Assembly: GCF_001194135.2 (NCBI RefSeq)
Contig: NC_068984.1
Span: forward strand, 43,631,118 to 43,695,117
From: Octopus bimaculoides
Lineage: Eukaryota
Direction of reading: 5' to 3'
Length of the DNA: 64,000 nt
Shown: positions 39,601 to 54,070 of the stretch, in pieces
How positions within the stretch are numbered: the stretch's first letter is position 1
Layout: each line of letters starts with the position of its first letter
Translations under genes and position numbers: made by a program
Notes under the pieces: model-generated
Databases searched by the model: none
What the model saw: the letters and a program-made list of their open reading frames with translations, nothing else
What the model was told of the DNA's origin: nothing

Positions 39601-40232
39601 CATTAATTATAATTATTACTTATATACATATGCTTTACATTTTCGTACATTGACCACTGTGAATAAAAAGTATTTAGGAGTCATTGCTGTATGCTGTGTG
39701 CGAATATAAATCTGTCTAGAGAAACTGTGAAATAAATATTTAAAGAAATAGGATCTTATGTAAAATTCCTATCTACAGTAGAGAACAGAAAGAAATCAAC
39801 AGAAAGAGAAATTTAATAAAACACGTCTAGCCCTTAAGTTATAAGTTATATATCTACCCTAAGTGTCCGCACCTTAAAATAGCTTACCTAACTTCTCTGC
39901 AATAAGAGTTGCACTATGAATTAATATATTCTAATCATATTAAGCTATTTTAAAACAGCGCAAACTAAGGTATAGGTGAAGGTTTGTCCCTGAGGATTGT
40001 TTATTGATTAATTTTTATTTAGTGTTCATCCAATTCCGATCCATATTTTGAGATGGAAACAATCAAAGTATATCTTCATATCCATAAATCCACACATGTG
40101 CATTACATACACGAATGTAGACATGCGAGTGCGTACGCACACGAATATTTTGTGTGTGAAAATACTACATATGTGCATGCATGCATACATACATACATAC
40201 ATGCATACATACATACATACATATATATATAC

Positions 40233-40274
<42 letters not shown>

Positions 40275-40566
40275 GTATATATNNNNNNNNNNNNNNNNNN
40301 NNNNNNNNNNNNNNNNNNNNNNNNNNNNNNNNNNNNNNNNNNNNNNNNNNNNNNNNNNNNNNNNNNNNNNNNNNNNNNNNNNNNNNNNNNNNNNNNNNNN
40401 NNNNNATATATATATATATACATATATATACATATATTTGTTTGTGTGTGTAAGTATGCGTAAATATACATCTGTGTGTGTATGTATATATATACATATA
40501 GGTATATATATGTATATATTTATATTAATAGCAAATATATATCCATAGATATATATTATATGTACA

Positions 40567-40868
40567 TTTTTTATATATACATCTATATTCACATACACAC
40601 ACATACATACACACATTAATGTTTATGAGCGCTTGATTGTATTTACAATCTATTATTATTTGCATACATAAACATACAAACACTACTTTTATATGTACAT
40701 ATATATATGTGGCACATATATATGTACTTATTAAAGGAGTGTCTGTATGTTTATGTATACAAACAACAATACATTGTGAACACAATCAAGCAATCGTACA
40801 TATTAATGTGTGTATGTATGTGTGTATGTGTGTGTGTGCGCGCGAATATACATGTATATATAAAAAAA
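40567..40868. repeat. About 300-bp imperfect palindrome centred on 40712
   Basis: Arms align along their length (e.g. gcttgattgt..acaat, tgcatacataaacataca / tgtatgtttatgtataca); mirror-image ORFs 40525..40785(-) and 40637..40903(+) in the track. Confidence 0.9.
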
Positions 40869-41583
40869 TTTCATTGTATGCTATAGTTAATGGATATAGT
40901 TGAGAAAGAGAAGTGCGAGATTAGTTACTGTGATTCATTTAGTTTCATCCATTTCCAATGTTCCCATATTTAAATTATAACTATGAACTCTCCAGAGGGC
41001 CAGACATATATTAATATTGATTCCATAGACTATACTCTTTTGTTAAAGTCAGCCTTGTTCTTCGTCAAATCATATATATGTATGAGTGTGTATTGTTAAT
41101 GAAATTAAATGCAGCATAGAATTGATAAATTATACCAAATAATACATTACAAAAATATTAAAGTTAAGTATTTCATTATAAACAAATGTCTCCTGTGAAG
41201 TCTAACACTGTTTTGAGTGCTATCAACATACTCATAAATATTTTTTATGCATAATCGCACGCACACGCGCACACCCACACATATATATATATGTATGTAT
41301 AAATGTATGTATGTATGTATGTATGTGTGTGTATGTATGTATGCATATATTAATATATATATATNNNNNNNNNNNNNNNNNNNNNNNNNNNNNNNNNNNN
41401 NNNNNNNNNNNNNNNNNNNNNNNNNNNNNNNNNNNNNNNNNNNNNNNNNNNNNNNNNNNNNNNNNNNNNNNNNNNNNNNNNNNNNNNNNNNNNNNNNNNN
41501 NNNNNNNNNNNNNNNNNNNNNNNNNNNNNNNNNNNNNNNNNNNNNNNNNNNNNNNNNNNNNNNNNNNNNNNNNNNNNNNNNNC

Positions 41584-41661
41584 TACTATAGCCTCGGGCC
41601 GACCAAAGCCTTGTGAGTGAATTTGGTAGACAGAAGCTGAAAGAAGCCCGTCCTATATATA

Positions 41662-41699
<38 letters not shown>

Positions 41700-41910
41700 T
41701 GTGTCTGTGTTTGTCCCCCCCCCCCAACATCGCTTGATAACCGATGCTTGTGTGTCTACGTCCCCGTAACCTTGTGGTTCGGCAAAAGAGACCGATAATA
41801 TAAGCATTAGGCTTACAAAGAATAAGTCCCGGGGCGACTTGCTCCACTAAAGGCGGTACTCCAGCATGGTCGCAGTGAAATGACTGAAACAAGTAAAAGA
41901 GTAAAAGAGT
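41584..41910 (+). mobile_element. SINE family B copy with internal (TA)/(TG)/C-run; head hidden in the gap
   Basis: actatagcctcgggccgaccaaagccttgtgagtgaatttggtagacagaagctgaaagaagcccgtc...catcgcttgataaccgatgc...ggttcggcaaaagagaccgat...ccagcatggtcgcagt...gactgaaacaagtaaaagagtaaaaga. Confidence 0.85.
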
Positions 41911-41914
41911 ATAT

Positions 41915-42125
41915 ATGTCATTCGCCATGCTGGGCCGCTGAAATTTACAAGTTGTTCTCACTCTGTTTATTTTTTCTTATTCCTTTCTGTTGAAGAGCGT
42001 AGGCTCGAAACGTAAAAGACTTTTTCATTTTCCCGAGTATCAAACTAATACACTTGCTCGTTGTTCATACACTTGTCTTCGTCTTCTTCGTCTTTTGTTT
42101 GTCTATAAATTTCAGCTTTATATAT
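41915..42125 (+). mobile_element. Second copy of the Penelope-like short element; hammerhead core degenerate (CTGTTGA)
   Basis: Similar to 2235..2475; motif at 41983..42018 CTTT-CTGTTGA-A-GAGC(GTAG)GCTC-GAAA-CG-TA-AAAG. Confidence 0.5.
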
Positions 42126-45100
42126 ATTTGTGTGTGTGTGTACGAGCTTGTGAGCCACACCAAAACAAAAAATAAAAGTAAACATATAAACAAACCCGAA
42201 AACATTAACAACAAGCAGAGACTTAACTACAAAACAAAATTCAGTTTAACTCAACCGAGAAAGTTCCTTCTTCAGCTGCCTAACAGTTATCAATGTGATT
42301 TCAATGTACAGAATACAAGAACACTACTTCCTTTGGTGTGAAATAGCCTTAAAAATCACGCACTATATGGAAGTATACAATCCAAATGGTTCTATATACT
42401 CCACAAATCATGAACATATACATTACAGACATCAACACAGACGGCACAATTAAACCGTACAAAAAAAAAAAAAAAATCATGATGTCATTTAAATACGTAA
42501 TATGCTAATAAATAAAGCAGAAGAAACATCCTACCTAATTTATATACATACATACATACATACATAATAAGCTGTTTGTTAATAAATGTAAGAATAAAAA
42601 CATTGATGTAAAGAACAGCACAGAATGGGTTATGTGTGTTTATGCGTGTGTGTTCGATTATATATATATATATATATATATATNNNNNNNNNNNNNNNNN
42701 NNNNNNNNNNNNNNNNNNNNNNNNNNNNNNNNNNNNNNNNNNNNNNNNNNNNNNNNNNNNNNNNNNNNNNNNNNNNNNNNNNNNNNNNNNNNNNNNNNNN
42801 NNNNNNNNNNNNNNNNNNNNNNNNNNNNNNNNNNNNNNNNNNNNNNNNNNNNNNNNNNNNNNNNNNNNNNNNNNNNNNNNNNNNNNNNNNNNNNNNNNNN
42901 NNNNNNNNNNNNNNNNNNNNNNNNNNNNNNNNNNNNNNNNNNNNNNNNNNNNNNNNNNNNNNNNNNNNNNNNNNNNNNNNNNNNNNNNNNNNNNNNNNNN
43001 NNNNNNNNNNNNNNNNNNNNNNNNNNNNNNNNNNNNNNNNNNNNNNNNNNNNNNNNNNNNNNNNNNNNNNNNNNNNNNNNNNNNNNNNNNNNNNNNNNNN
43101 NNNNNNNNNNNNNNNNNNNNNNNNNNNNNNNNNNNNNNNNNNNNNNNNNNNNNNNNNNNNNNNNNNNNNNNNNNNNNNNNNNNNNNNNNNNNNNNNNNNN
43201 NNNNNNNNNNNNNNNNNNNNNNNNNNNNNNNNNNNNNNNNNNNNNNNNNNNNNNNNNNNNNNNNNNNNNNNNNNNNNNNNNNNNNNNNNNNNNNNNNNNN
43301 NNNNNNNNNNNNNNNNNNNNNNNNNNNNNNNNNNNNNNNNNNNNNNNNNNNNNNNNNNNNNNNNNNNNNNNNNNNNNNNNNNNNNNNNNNNNNNNNNNNN
43401 NNNNNNNNNNNNNNNNNNNNNNNNNNNNNNNNNNNNNNNNNNTATATATATATATATACATATATACATATATATACATATATATGTGTTTGTGTATGTC
43501 TGTGTAATAACAGAATTTACTGTCGTTACATTAATCGATCTTTCATGGCATTTAACATGCATATGCATGGTGGTACTATTGTCATCATCATTGTCAATAT
43601 TCGGTGTCGAGAATTTACTCTATTGAATTTACCTATCTTCTTAAGATGGCGGTATATGACTACTTATGAACTAAAAAAGAACTGTAGTAAACACATCAAA
43701 GTGCACAGCTGGGGCCAATAGTTAATTTTATTGTTTTGTGATGGAAGACGTTAAATACCTATCGAACGCATGTATGGAAGTGTGTAGAACAATACCGTTA
43801 CATTCATACAATGTAAAGTTATAGACACATTCTCTTACATCCCCACATACTTTGAATTATTACTTTGTTCCATAGCAAATTGCATATAATACAAGATATT
43901 TTATAAAAGCTCCATATGACATCCGCTGTTACTGTTATGTGTGTTCTGTCAACAATCTAGAAAGTGGAATATATAATCAACAGAAGATATATGTTCAACA
44001 TTTTTGGAAGAGTTTGCTATCTTCTTTACGTTGAATACAAATACAAACTATTGATCAACGAAATGTCTAAGAAGCATTTTAATACAATCGATTTTCTGTC
44101 TTGAATAATTTTAAGCCTATCATTGTCAAATGCATATTGCTTAAATGAAACATTTTAAAATTATGTCCACTGATCTGAAATTTAGGTAGCTAGTCATGAA
44201 ACGAGACTATTTGTATCTCGTATGATTTGATTTAGTTCCACTAAAATTATGTGTAAGTAGTTTTGACAATTATTGTTTATCCAAAGTACTATCAAATAAG
44301 AAACTTTATCCAAAGCTAAGAGTAATCTTAAAATGGATGCCAAACATTGTAATGTGTTGAAGTCTATAATAGTTTAGAATCAACTCTTTGTTTTCCCATT
44401 GAAATATTACTCTATAAATATTGTTTGATCGCATATAATATTCTCTCTTTTATAAATTAGACGGAAGGGAAGTAACAGCACCTATAAGCCCTTCAGGTTC
44501 AGCTATACGGTAAGATAATTTTAGCACATTCAATACAAGATCAATAAGATTAGTGTTTCGTTTGAATTTCAGCTCGCTGGTTGCAGAGAAAATGTAGCGT
44601 AGAAGTGTTCAAGAGAAGAACGAACTAGAGGGAAAAGGTGGCAAGAGTGCTTACTATTTGGATATGAGAGAAGCAGTATAGTTTTCAGGAGGATAGAAAT
44701 ATATGTCGGTGTACTGAGTAGTTTTAAGTAGAATTGGTACATTACTAGAAAGTCTGGAGAGGACACTGCTGTATTTGTGATTGAAGATATAATCAGTTCA
44801 TCGATGAATCTATTTTCATTCAGATTCATGTTCAGCAAACGGCTCAAAGGTGATAGTAAATAAATAACTAAACACCAATTTACGACTACCAAACTGCTAT
44901 AGTGAATAGCAATCATAGTCTCATCCACGTATGCAACATTTTGCTTTTCAGTTGTTTATGTTGATATTGTGAAGAATATCAGTCTTTATGTTCAGGATTT
45001 TATAGGATTTCTTTGAAATTTCAGTTCAGTTTATGATTATAAGATATTTGAGAATATCTAAACAACTGTTAAGATGTTGATTTCATTACATATGAAATTA

Positions 45101-47901
45101 GATATTGACTTAGAGCAAATGTCTCATTGGTTTAGTGGAAGCTAAAAATGTGATTTTTTGACATTTATACTGTTACATATATCATTAATGGTGTGAGTGA
45201 AGAGTGAAATGAAGAGCAAAACCAAGTCGCAATCTCAATGACAGTGTTTGTCTCTCGTTTAAAGTTACTCGCCTCAAAACGAACTTTCAACCAAGCATTT
45301 AGAATACTTTGATGTTTGTTGCCCCAGTTCCAAAGTCTTGCTGGTATGTACTTTTAAACTCTGAATTGAAGAAAGGTAAAGCTACTTTCGACGAAATTTT
45401 AAAAACAGAGTAGAAAAGTAAATTTATGTACAATAAAATATTTATTTACACCAATGTTTTAACAGTTGTGAATATATATTCATTTCTTTACATTACAAAC
45501 AGGGCTAAACTTTATGAGAATAGGAAGTAGAAGTAGATACATAGTCAGATGAATCACACTATGTTTATTACTGCTTATTATTTTATGAGTCCTACGACTG
45601 GAGTTAAATACAAAGATATATTAAAAATCAATTATCAAATATGTGATAATTCATTAAATGAATAATACACAACGCAAGGAAAATGCAATGCATAGATAAT
45701 CGAATAATGGAAGACAATAAAGTTTGATAGTTTCAACAACATAAAGATATCAGTAGCTTTCTATTCTACAGATTGATTATAAAATAAGAGATAGAAAATC
45801 TCTTCTCAGCTTAAAAAGTTCTTATAACCAATTTTGCTGATTTATTAACACAGAATTTCTGCCTTTGCAAAGTTTCTATAATAGAAATTTAAATCGTGTG
45901 CTTCACCGAAAATGTTAAATCTGAATGAAAGCTACTGCTAACAATTTTCTCATGTGTATTTTGTACACATTTAATTCGGAACTGATTTTTTATTCGTAGC
46001 TGATATATTTCTGAATTGTTTTATCGAATATGACATCTTTCTTTAACTGAATATACTTTAAAGTATTGCTCATGGCTAAATATTGATAAAATTCTTTCAG
46101 TGTTCTTGTAGATATAGTGCAATTTAAAATCCTGCTTATAAAAAAGAAAAAAAGAAAAATACGTTTAGAGTATTGCTAACGATTCCGAAAATGCTTTACA
46201 TCTCAATTTTCGTAGTTGTGTTACCATTTTTTTCTGCTTAAAATTTCAGTTCAAGATTTATGAAATTGATATAATTTCATAAAATCAAATCAAATGAAAA
46301 AAAAAAAAAAAATTCAAACCGGAATTGAAATTCAAACATGAATCTAAATTTAAGAATAGAAATGCAGAGTGTCTAGATAACAAATATTATTTTTAATTGA
46401 AGTTTTGTAAGGGATTTAATTTAATCTTATATTTATTCACTCAAGTTCTGTTTATTAAAAATTTCTAGTTTTATCAACATCAAAAACTAAAATAAAATTC
46501 TTTGAACATTTTGATTCTTAAGATAAAAGAAGTGTTTAATTTAAGAAATAAAGATAAAGGTCCAAACATAAAATATAATAGGGAGTTTTAAATTAAACCA
46601 GAGTTCTTGAACGATTAGAATTAAGTATATTACAAAAGATTCATTAATTAGACTAAAGAGAAATATATTTATGGCTGGGAAAGCTTAGAGATGAACATGT
46701 GTTTATGAGTGGGGAAAGCCTTATTAGAAACAAGTTTAATTCGCAAGAATCATGCTCCTGTATAATTCAGTTGCTCCGAAGTATAATTCAGTTGCTCATA
46801 GCACAGTAATTCAATAAAGACAGTTCTTTATATAAATGTCACTAAAATATCTGAATGCAAGAACACTGTAACCCATATTGTTTTGCAACATGGAAGAAGG
46901 TAAAAAGTCCAATGATGCACTGAACTTTGGAAGATAACTGTAATTAGATGTGAAAATGGCAGGAATATCAGAACAAAAAATAAATACCCGACAGATCATA
47001 ATTATTACGTAGTTTTGATTCCTGGTTCAAGCTATTTAATGTCACTCATGCTGATAATACTGCTGAAAAAAGACAAGAACTTCCACATTTCTCTATATTC
47101 CTTATTTCTTTAGGTACTTTATTTAATGATTGTGTTAATCAACCCGGCTTACCGAGAACTTCCGTTTCACGACATACTTTCAGCAAATCAGTCATTCACA
47201 AAACCCGTATTGAAAGGGTTAAATAAATATAGATCCTTTGTGTCTAGTGAACATGAAATCAATATTATCACTAAGTCTGTAGTGATTCCTGCTGAAAAAG
47301 ATTCCATCTGTTGTTATTTATCAAATCTTCCGCAATAATTCCTGTAAATATGTGTGCAAACTAAATAAATGATTACATATGAGTACACGATATAGATATG
47401 ATGCAGATGATAGTCAGCTTCGTTATATGCCTTACGTTATCTAGCTCGCTAATATGTCAGAACTGAGGTCAAACTTTACGGCGCTTAATGAAATAAATAT
47501 CAAGAATAAAGAGGACAAATAATGATAAATTGGTAAATTGATTTCTTATGCCCAACCATAAAAAAATGTTATTTCTTATGTGATTCCTCTATCAAAGCCA
47601 ATTAGCGCTTAAAACATTTAACTCCCAATTAAGAACTGACAGTTAATTAGATAAATAAGTTGTTAATCTACATCTTGACAGCTACATCGTGTTTTCATTG
47701 GTAGAGTAAAGACATGAAACTCACTGTGTGATAACAAAAATTAATCTAAAATCTCCGATAGATATGTCTTCATGCAAGTTTATCTCTCAAGAGAAAAAAA
47801 TCCGTTAAATATACATAGAAATTGGAATATATTCACATACGTGCACACACACGCACACACAGACAGACATACAGACAGACAGACACACACACACACACAC
47901 A

Positions 47902-47966
<65 letters not shown>

Positions 47967-48159
47967 CGTTTTGGGGTTTGGTTTGCAATATTCTTTATGT
48001 GAGTTCATGTGCTAAGCATATTCTGTTGTGTCTAGGAAGAGTCATTCTTTTTTAGTGCCTTATAATTTAAGACACTCACCGGTAAAATTATAAGGCACTA
48101 AAAGATAATGATTTTCCCCAGACACAACAGTATATATATGTATATATTTATATATATAA

Positions 48160-48232
<73 letters not shown>

Positions 48233-48612
48233 CATATATATACATTCATACACACATACATCCATACACACACATACACATATATACGCTAATGTTGAAC
48301 TGTGAGAATTAGTGCTCAGCATCGCACTGGTGGAGAAATTTGTGGGATAACAAGGTTACCATTGATTTCATGCCGACAGAAAACTTATTAGCAATTATCA
48401 AGTCTACCGCATCTTGGATGAAAATACACGAAGATATACAAGTATTTTAGGATAAATGAATATACATAAATATATAGATCATAGGAGACAACTTATATGA
48501 AAATCCTGATTGTTGTCTCCATTGCATAAGCCCGTACCGCGTCCAAAATTAAAAATATAAATGTAAATACACAAGTATATGCAAATGCACATTCATACAG
48601 AATATGTGGACG

Positions 48613-48653
<41 letters not shown>

Positions 48654-48734
48654 GCAGACAAACACAGACACAGACATACACTCACACTGGATGACAAACA
48701 CAGACAGACAGACACACATACCTGCATTATGCAT

Positions 48735-48910
48735 TTTTCGTGTTTGAGTTATGGTTATTCCACATTGTTCCGTAAAGAGCCTAGGTCCACTTTCCTGGTT
48801 TCTCTGGCGAATATATATTCCTTCCTGGACGGGACGCCGGTCCATCGCAGGATTACTCATTTTTACAAGATGAGTGGACTGGAGCAACGTGAAATGAAGT
48901 GTTCTGGGTA
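48735..48910 (-). mobile_element. SINE family E (CORE-like)
   Basis: cctggacgggacgccggtccatcgcagg...gagtggactggagcaacgtgaaatgaagtgtt; related copies at 58125..58275(-) and 61050..61160(+). Confidence 0.7.
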
Positions 48911-49538
48911 TGTGCACATAAATGTTCGTGTCTGATTATGTGCATATATCTGCACAGAATTGCAGAGTATCACATATTTTGACGCCAAACTTGGTCCATG
49001 CGATTGTTGACTGGCAGCCCAGTCAAGATGGTATTTCTTCTCCTACTCTTGTTTTTTGCACACATCTACAAAATGACTTTCTAAAATGAAATTCCATTAT
49101 GCAGCTGAGGAGTACATTTTCATTGCACATTTTATGTGCTGTTCTCACTAAATAAATAAATGAAGTTTGTACGAAACGTACGTACTGCTATAACCTATTG
49201 AATTTTTGTTGCTTTTCTTCAAATATATATATATATATATAAATACAAACATGTGTGTGTGTTTGTCACTTATAAATAGTTTATACTCGAAGTGGATCTG
49301 TTTTGAATACGGAATAAGCAGAATGTAATAACTAAATTAATTTTTGCCATCCACACAGCTTATATAAAAAGAAGGATTAAAGCCATAATGCGCAAAATTT
49401 TAGCCGAAAACAATCATATGGGATAGCCACGGTTTCAATGGGTGATAAAATACAACTTTCATAAATTCGATTGATAAAACTGTATAAATAGTTGTATATG
49501 TACATATATACATATATGCGTACATACGTAAGTAGAGT

Positions 49539-49625
<87 letters not shown>

Positions 49626-49690
49626 ACGCACACACAGATGTAGATATACAATAAACTAGCTAACAACCTGACATGTGGTATTTTGAAAAC

Positions 49691-49921
49691 GTTAGACTAA
49701 AGATAATATCGTCGCACAAGTGGTAATACTTCTCTGATGTCTAGATAATTTTTTCAAGTTGTTTGATTTCCTTTTTCATTATTGGAAATTAAAGATGAAA
49801 TGGTAACACCAGTATCGTTTCCGAGCTCGTTTTACATAGTATATTGTAAATTAAATATTCACGGTACTTTGACGTATTGTCGGAAAAATCCGAAATTCAG
49901 ATAGCAGAGGTTGACAGTGTA
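49691..49921 (-). mobile_element. pogo/Tigger-type subterminal fragment (non-autonomous)
   Basis: About 230 nt homologous to 51830..52080, ending in a degenerate TIR cagatagcagaggttgacagtgta. Confidence 0.6.
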
Positions 49922-50241
49922 AAAACTTGTGGTAAGTTTGTATGTGTTTCTTATCAGAAACCAATTTACAATGAATATACTTTCTGTAATAAAGGGACAA
50001 CGTCACTTCATCCTAAGGATCAGAATAAAGATGTATAATTATTCTGAAGATGAATTAAGGAGTTCTGCTGTTCTAGAAATCTACAAAGAACCCTTTCGAA
50101 AATATGAAACAAAAAGTCTGGATAAAAAAGATAAAATTGGAAAGCGTCCGTACTTTTGATAACATTTTTCGGAGTGTCTGTCTGTCTGTCTCTCTTGATT
50201 TTTATGACTCTTTCAGCATATAAACACAGAATGAGTGAGCG

Positions 50242-50246
<5 letters not shown>

Positions 50247-50315
<69 letters not shown>

Positions 50316-50681
50316 AGAGAGAGAGAGAAAAGAAAGAAAGAGAAATAGATAACTAGATAGGTATCTAAACAGATAGATTATTCGGATCACCTCTCTTTGA
50401 AAAATGTTTTTTTAAAATATGGCTGCCTTCTAGTTTAGTTTTATCTTTTTTTTTCATCAAGATATTTTCATACTTTCGTTTGAGTTCTTTGTAGTTTATT
50501 TAGAACAATAGAATTTCTAAATCCATCATGAAAATGTTTATACATCTGTATTCTGATCTTAAGGATGAAGTGATATTGCCTCTTTATTGTAAGCAGAACC
50601 AATGTAATCGATATAGATATTATCGCAATAATTTGAAGTATACATACGCAATGGCCCCAATTTCTATCTATCTATCTATCA

Positions 50682-50715
<34 letters not shown>

Positions 50716-50719
50716 TATC

Positions 50720-50801
<82 letters not shown>

Positions 50802-50855
50802 GCTAGCTAGCTAGTTAGCTAGCTGCATGTGTGTGTGTATGTATGTATGTATGTA
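50247..50855. repeat. (GA)n, long (TCTA)n, (TAGC)n and (TATG)n microsatellites
   Basis: Seen directly. Confidence 0.96.
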
Positions 50856-51479
50856 CAGCATTATCTGAAAGAGACGGGCAGGAAGTAATTTGATTGAAGA
50901 TGTGAATATTTAGATATCAAATCCCATCGTAAAAAAAGAGAACAGTTACATAAAAGTATATATTTGCAAAACTTTTATATAATCCATTGGATAAAATATG
51001 TACTACGTCTAGATGTTGTTTAAAATTTCATGGTATTTTACAAATAAAATCACATTACCTATGGTTTAAATGCCAAATATATAGTATTTAGAATATAGCA
51101 TGATTATAAAAAATACATTTTACTGACTGCCCAGGAAGTTCAGAGTGTCAATCGAAACGCTACGTTCATGTAAATAAAATTCTCTGAAACTGTGTTCGGT
51201 CATTACTAGGCAAAGAAAATATCCAATCACTGTTGCTTAGTGGTCGTGTTTTTTTGATTTTGCTAGTGATAACATTTGACGAACATGTATTAGCTTAGAG
51301 GTATCAACTTTGTCTTGTGCTTCATACCATACCATCAAAAGTTAGAAGGCATTGATAGTTTCGTTGGTAGGGAGGGGAAAAGGTGTCGGTATATTTTTTC
51401 CTTTTACCATCCACAGAGTCCCTAACTTCATCACATTCTGAAGGGCTTTCTTTTTAATGCATGTAAAATGAAATTTTAG

Positions 51480-52080
51480 TTGATAAATTTCTTAAATGCC
51501 GGTGTTGCTTTCTTGATGTTGGACATCATTGCTTTTATAGCACTGTGCCTTGGTGCAATCCTCAACGCATATTCGCAACGACCCAGGTGCTGTAAATTTT
51601 CGAATTTCTGTTCCACTGTCAAAGGCTTTCGATTTCTCTTTAAAGTTAGCGTAACAGCAATAAAGTAGTTTATGTACTCCGACATGTAATGGAAACTCCA
51701 TTGATTTTTGCTATGCTTTTAAAACCTTCAGATATAAATCATTTTTATGTGTTAACATTATTTTGACAATTTAATGTGACTGACTAAGATCAAACTAGCT
51801 AACCGACCAATACGTGATACTTTTGATAACAGTAAACCAAAGATGCGATCATCGCACTAATATTGGTAATACCTCCCTGATGTGACGTTTTTAGATGTTT
51901 CCAGTAGGTCGATTTCATTTTTAATTATTGGAAACTAAAGTCAAAATGGTAGCATCAGTATTATTTCTGAGTTCGTTTTACACACTATATGGTTAATCAA
52001 ATATTCACGGTACTCTGAAATATTGTCAGAATAATCTAAAATTTAGAATATTATTTTCGGATAACAGAGGTTTTACTGCA
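51480..52080 (-). mobile_element. pogo/Tigger 5' end: TIR plus decayed CENP-B-type N-terminal HTH
   Basis: TIR cggataacagaggttttactgca (52058..52080, reverse complement of CAGTAAAACCTCTGTTATCCG); translation KRNRKPLTVEQKFENLQHLGRCEYALRIA resembles Tigger KRKRKSLTLEEKLEVI..LE.GE....IA. Confidence 0.75.
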
Positions 52081-52404
52081 TTAAAAATTGCGTTAAGTTT
52101 GTGTGTCTAATTGTAAACCAATCAAAATGATCTATAATGTGTAGCTGTAGAGAGGAAGAAGAAAGTAAGGAAAGAAAAGAGTGTGAGAGAGAAAGAAAGA
52201 AAATGCACGTACATTATGTCCCTGAGTGGGTTTAGCAGGTGATTAAGAGAATCACTAACGGAGAGAGAATGCAAGAAGAAAAGAATGATTGAGGTTAGTA
52301 AATTACATTCCACTCACAACTACTCGCACACTGACACCCACCCACACTCTATATATACGCCAACAGAAAACACTCTACGCACAAACACACAGAAAAAAAA
52401 CCTT

Positions 52405-52438
<34 letters not shown>

Positions 52439-53052
52439 AAAACCATGACTTTTTTCCTTTTACATCATTGTCAGTTTTCTTCTTTTTATCACTTGCTTAA
52501 AAAATGTAGCATTTATCAGTATTTTCTATTCTTATTTCATCTTAGAGAGTGAGTGAGGCTGTGCAACAAAAACTGAGAATTTTGTGCGAAAGAGAAAAAG
52601 ACAGTGTGGGAGAATTAAAAACGGAGGGAAGGGTAAAACAAGTGCGAGTATTTTTCCCTCTGTTTTAATTCACACTTTGACCATATACATAAATCTAAAT
52701 AAATATATTTTACTTGCATATATGATTAATTTTCATCTTGAAACAAGTAAAAAGATGCATTTCATAGTTTCAGAAGGCAAAAACAGTATTATAATAAAGC
52801 TTTTTTCATATTAATTTCCTCATCTCACTCGCGATAATTTTTATACGTTATAATTTATTGGAGCCACTAAACTTTAGCTATATCAGTTTGTTCTCTCTGT
52901 ACCATTATTAGTAATATGAAATTGCTTTGTTATTTATTGATAATATCAAAAGATTTATCATAAAATGTATCAAACAGTATCCACCCATCAAACATGTGAT
53001 GTAAAATGTTGTAAATTACATCCGATCTGTTGTTTTTAAATAACTCTCACCC

Positions 53053-53086
<34 letters not shown>

Positions 53087-53167
53087 NNNNNNNNNNNNNN
53101 NNNNNNNNNNNNNNNNNNNNNNNNNNNNNNNNNNNNNNNNNNNNNNNNNNNNNNNNNNNNNNNNNNN

Positions 53168-53204
<37 letters not shown>

Positions 53205-54070
53205 CAAGTGAAATGCAATACGTACTGAACCCAAGTATATGATAGAGGTAATCGTCATGTGTACTTGTGAAATTGTATATATTTCACAAATGATACAATG
53301 TAAACTTTAGTCATTACCGTTTTCCACAATACCTGGTATTTCGTGCTTTTTCCATGCGGGTTTTACGGGTTTTGCTAAAATCAGTCCCTTTCTGAATTTT
53401 TTTCTGTAGTTTTATTGGTCTGTTTTGTTTCCCATAAAACCTTTCGAAAATAATATTGAATAAACTTTCTTTACTACATCTGTTGGTAGAAAAATGTATA
53501 TTTTCTATGCATGTATCTTTTCTATTAATATCCATACTTGCAGTAAAACATTTTCTATGTACAACCCTGAATTAATTTACCACACGTAGCTTAGCTTCAT
53601 GAATAAGACGTAAAAGTGATGGAAAATCTTATTAAATTGTCTGATTGTATCAATGTAAATAGAGAAAGAAATAAAAAGTATGTGCGATAAGTTTCTGAAG
53701 AATAAAACGTCAGAGGGTAATAAAGAATTGACGAAGGGAGAATAAGTTAAAGAAAAAGATAGCGTTGGAGAATAAAGAAAAATGACGGGGAGGAGAGGGT
53801 AGATATAAACAATTGTTAAGAAATGCGACAGCGAAAAAGAAAGACATTTGTTGTAAGTTTATTCTATTTCGTTATATATNNNNNNNNNNNNNNNNNNNNN
53901 NNNNNNNNNNNNNNNNNNNNNNNNNNNNNNNNNNNNNNNNNNNNNNNNNNNNNNNNNNNNNNNNNNNNNNNNNNNNNNNNNNNNNNNNNNNNNNNTATAT
54001 ATATATAAATATATATGGAGACGAGAAGTGTATTCCCACACAGAATATAGGAAGGTTGGTTTTGGGGGTT

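Noticed and set aside
53690-53715. CTGAAGA...AAAACGTC near-hammerhead, and other isolated CTGATGA hits (13106, 15228, 25979, 30227, 37702)
   Set aside because: They lack stem II and/or the GAAA box in the right spacing
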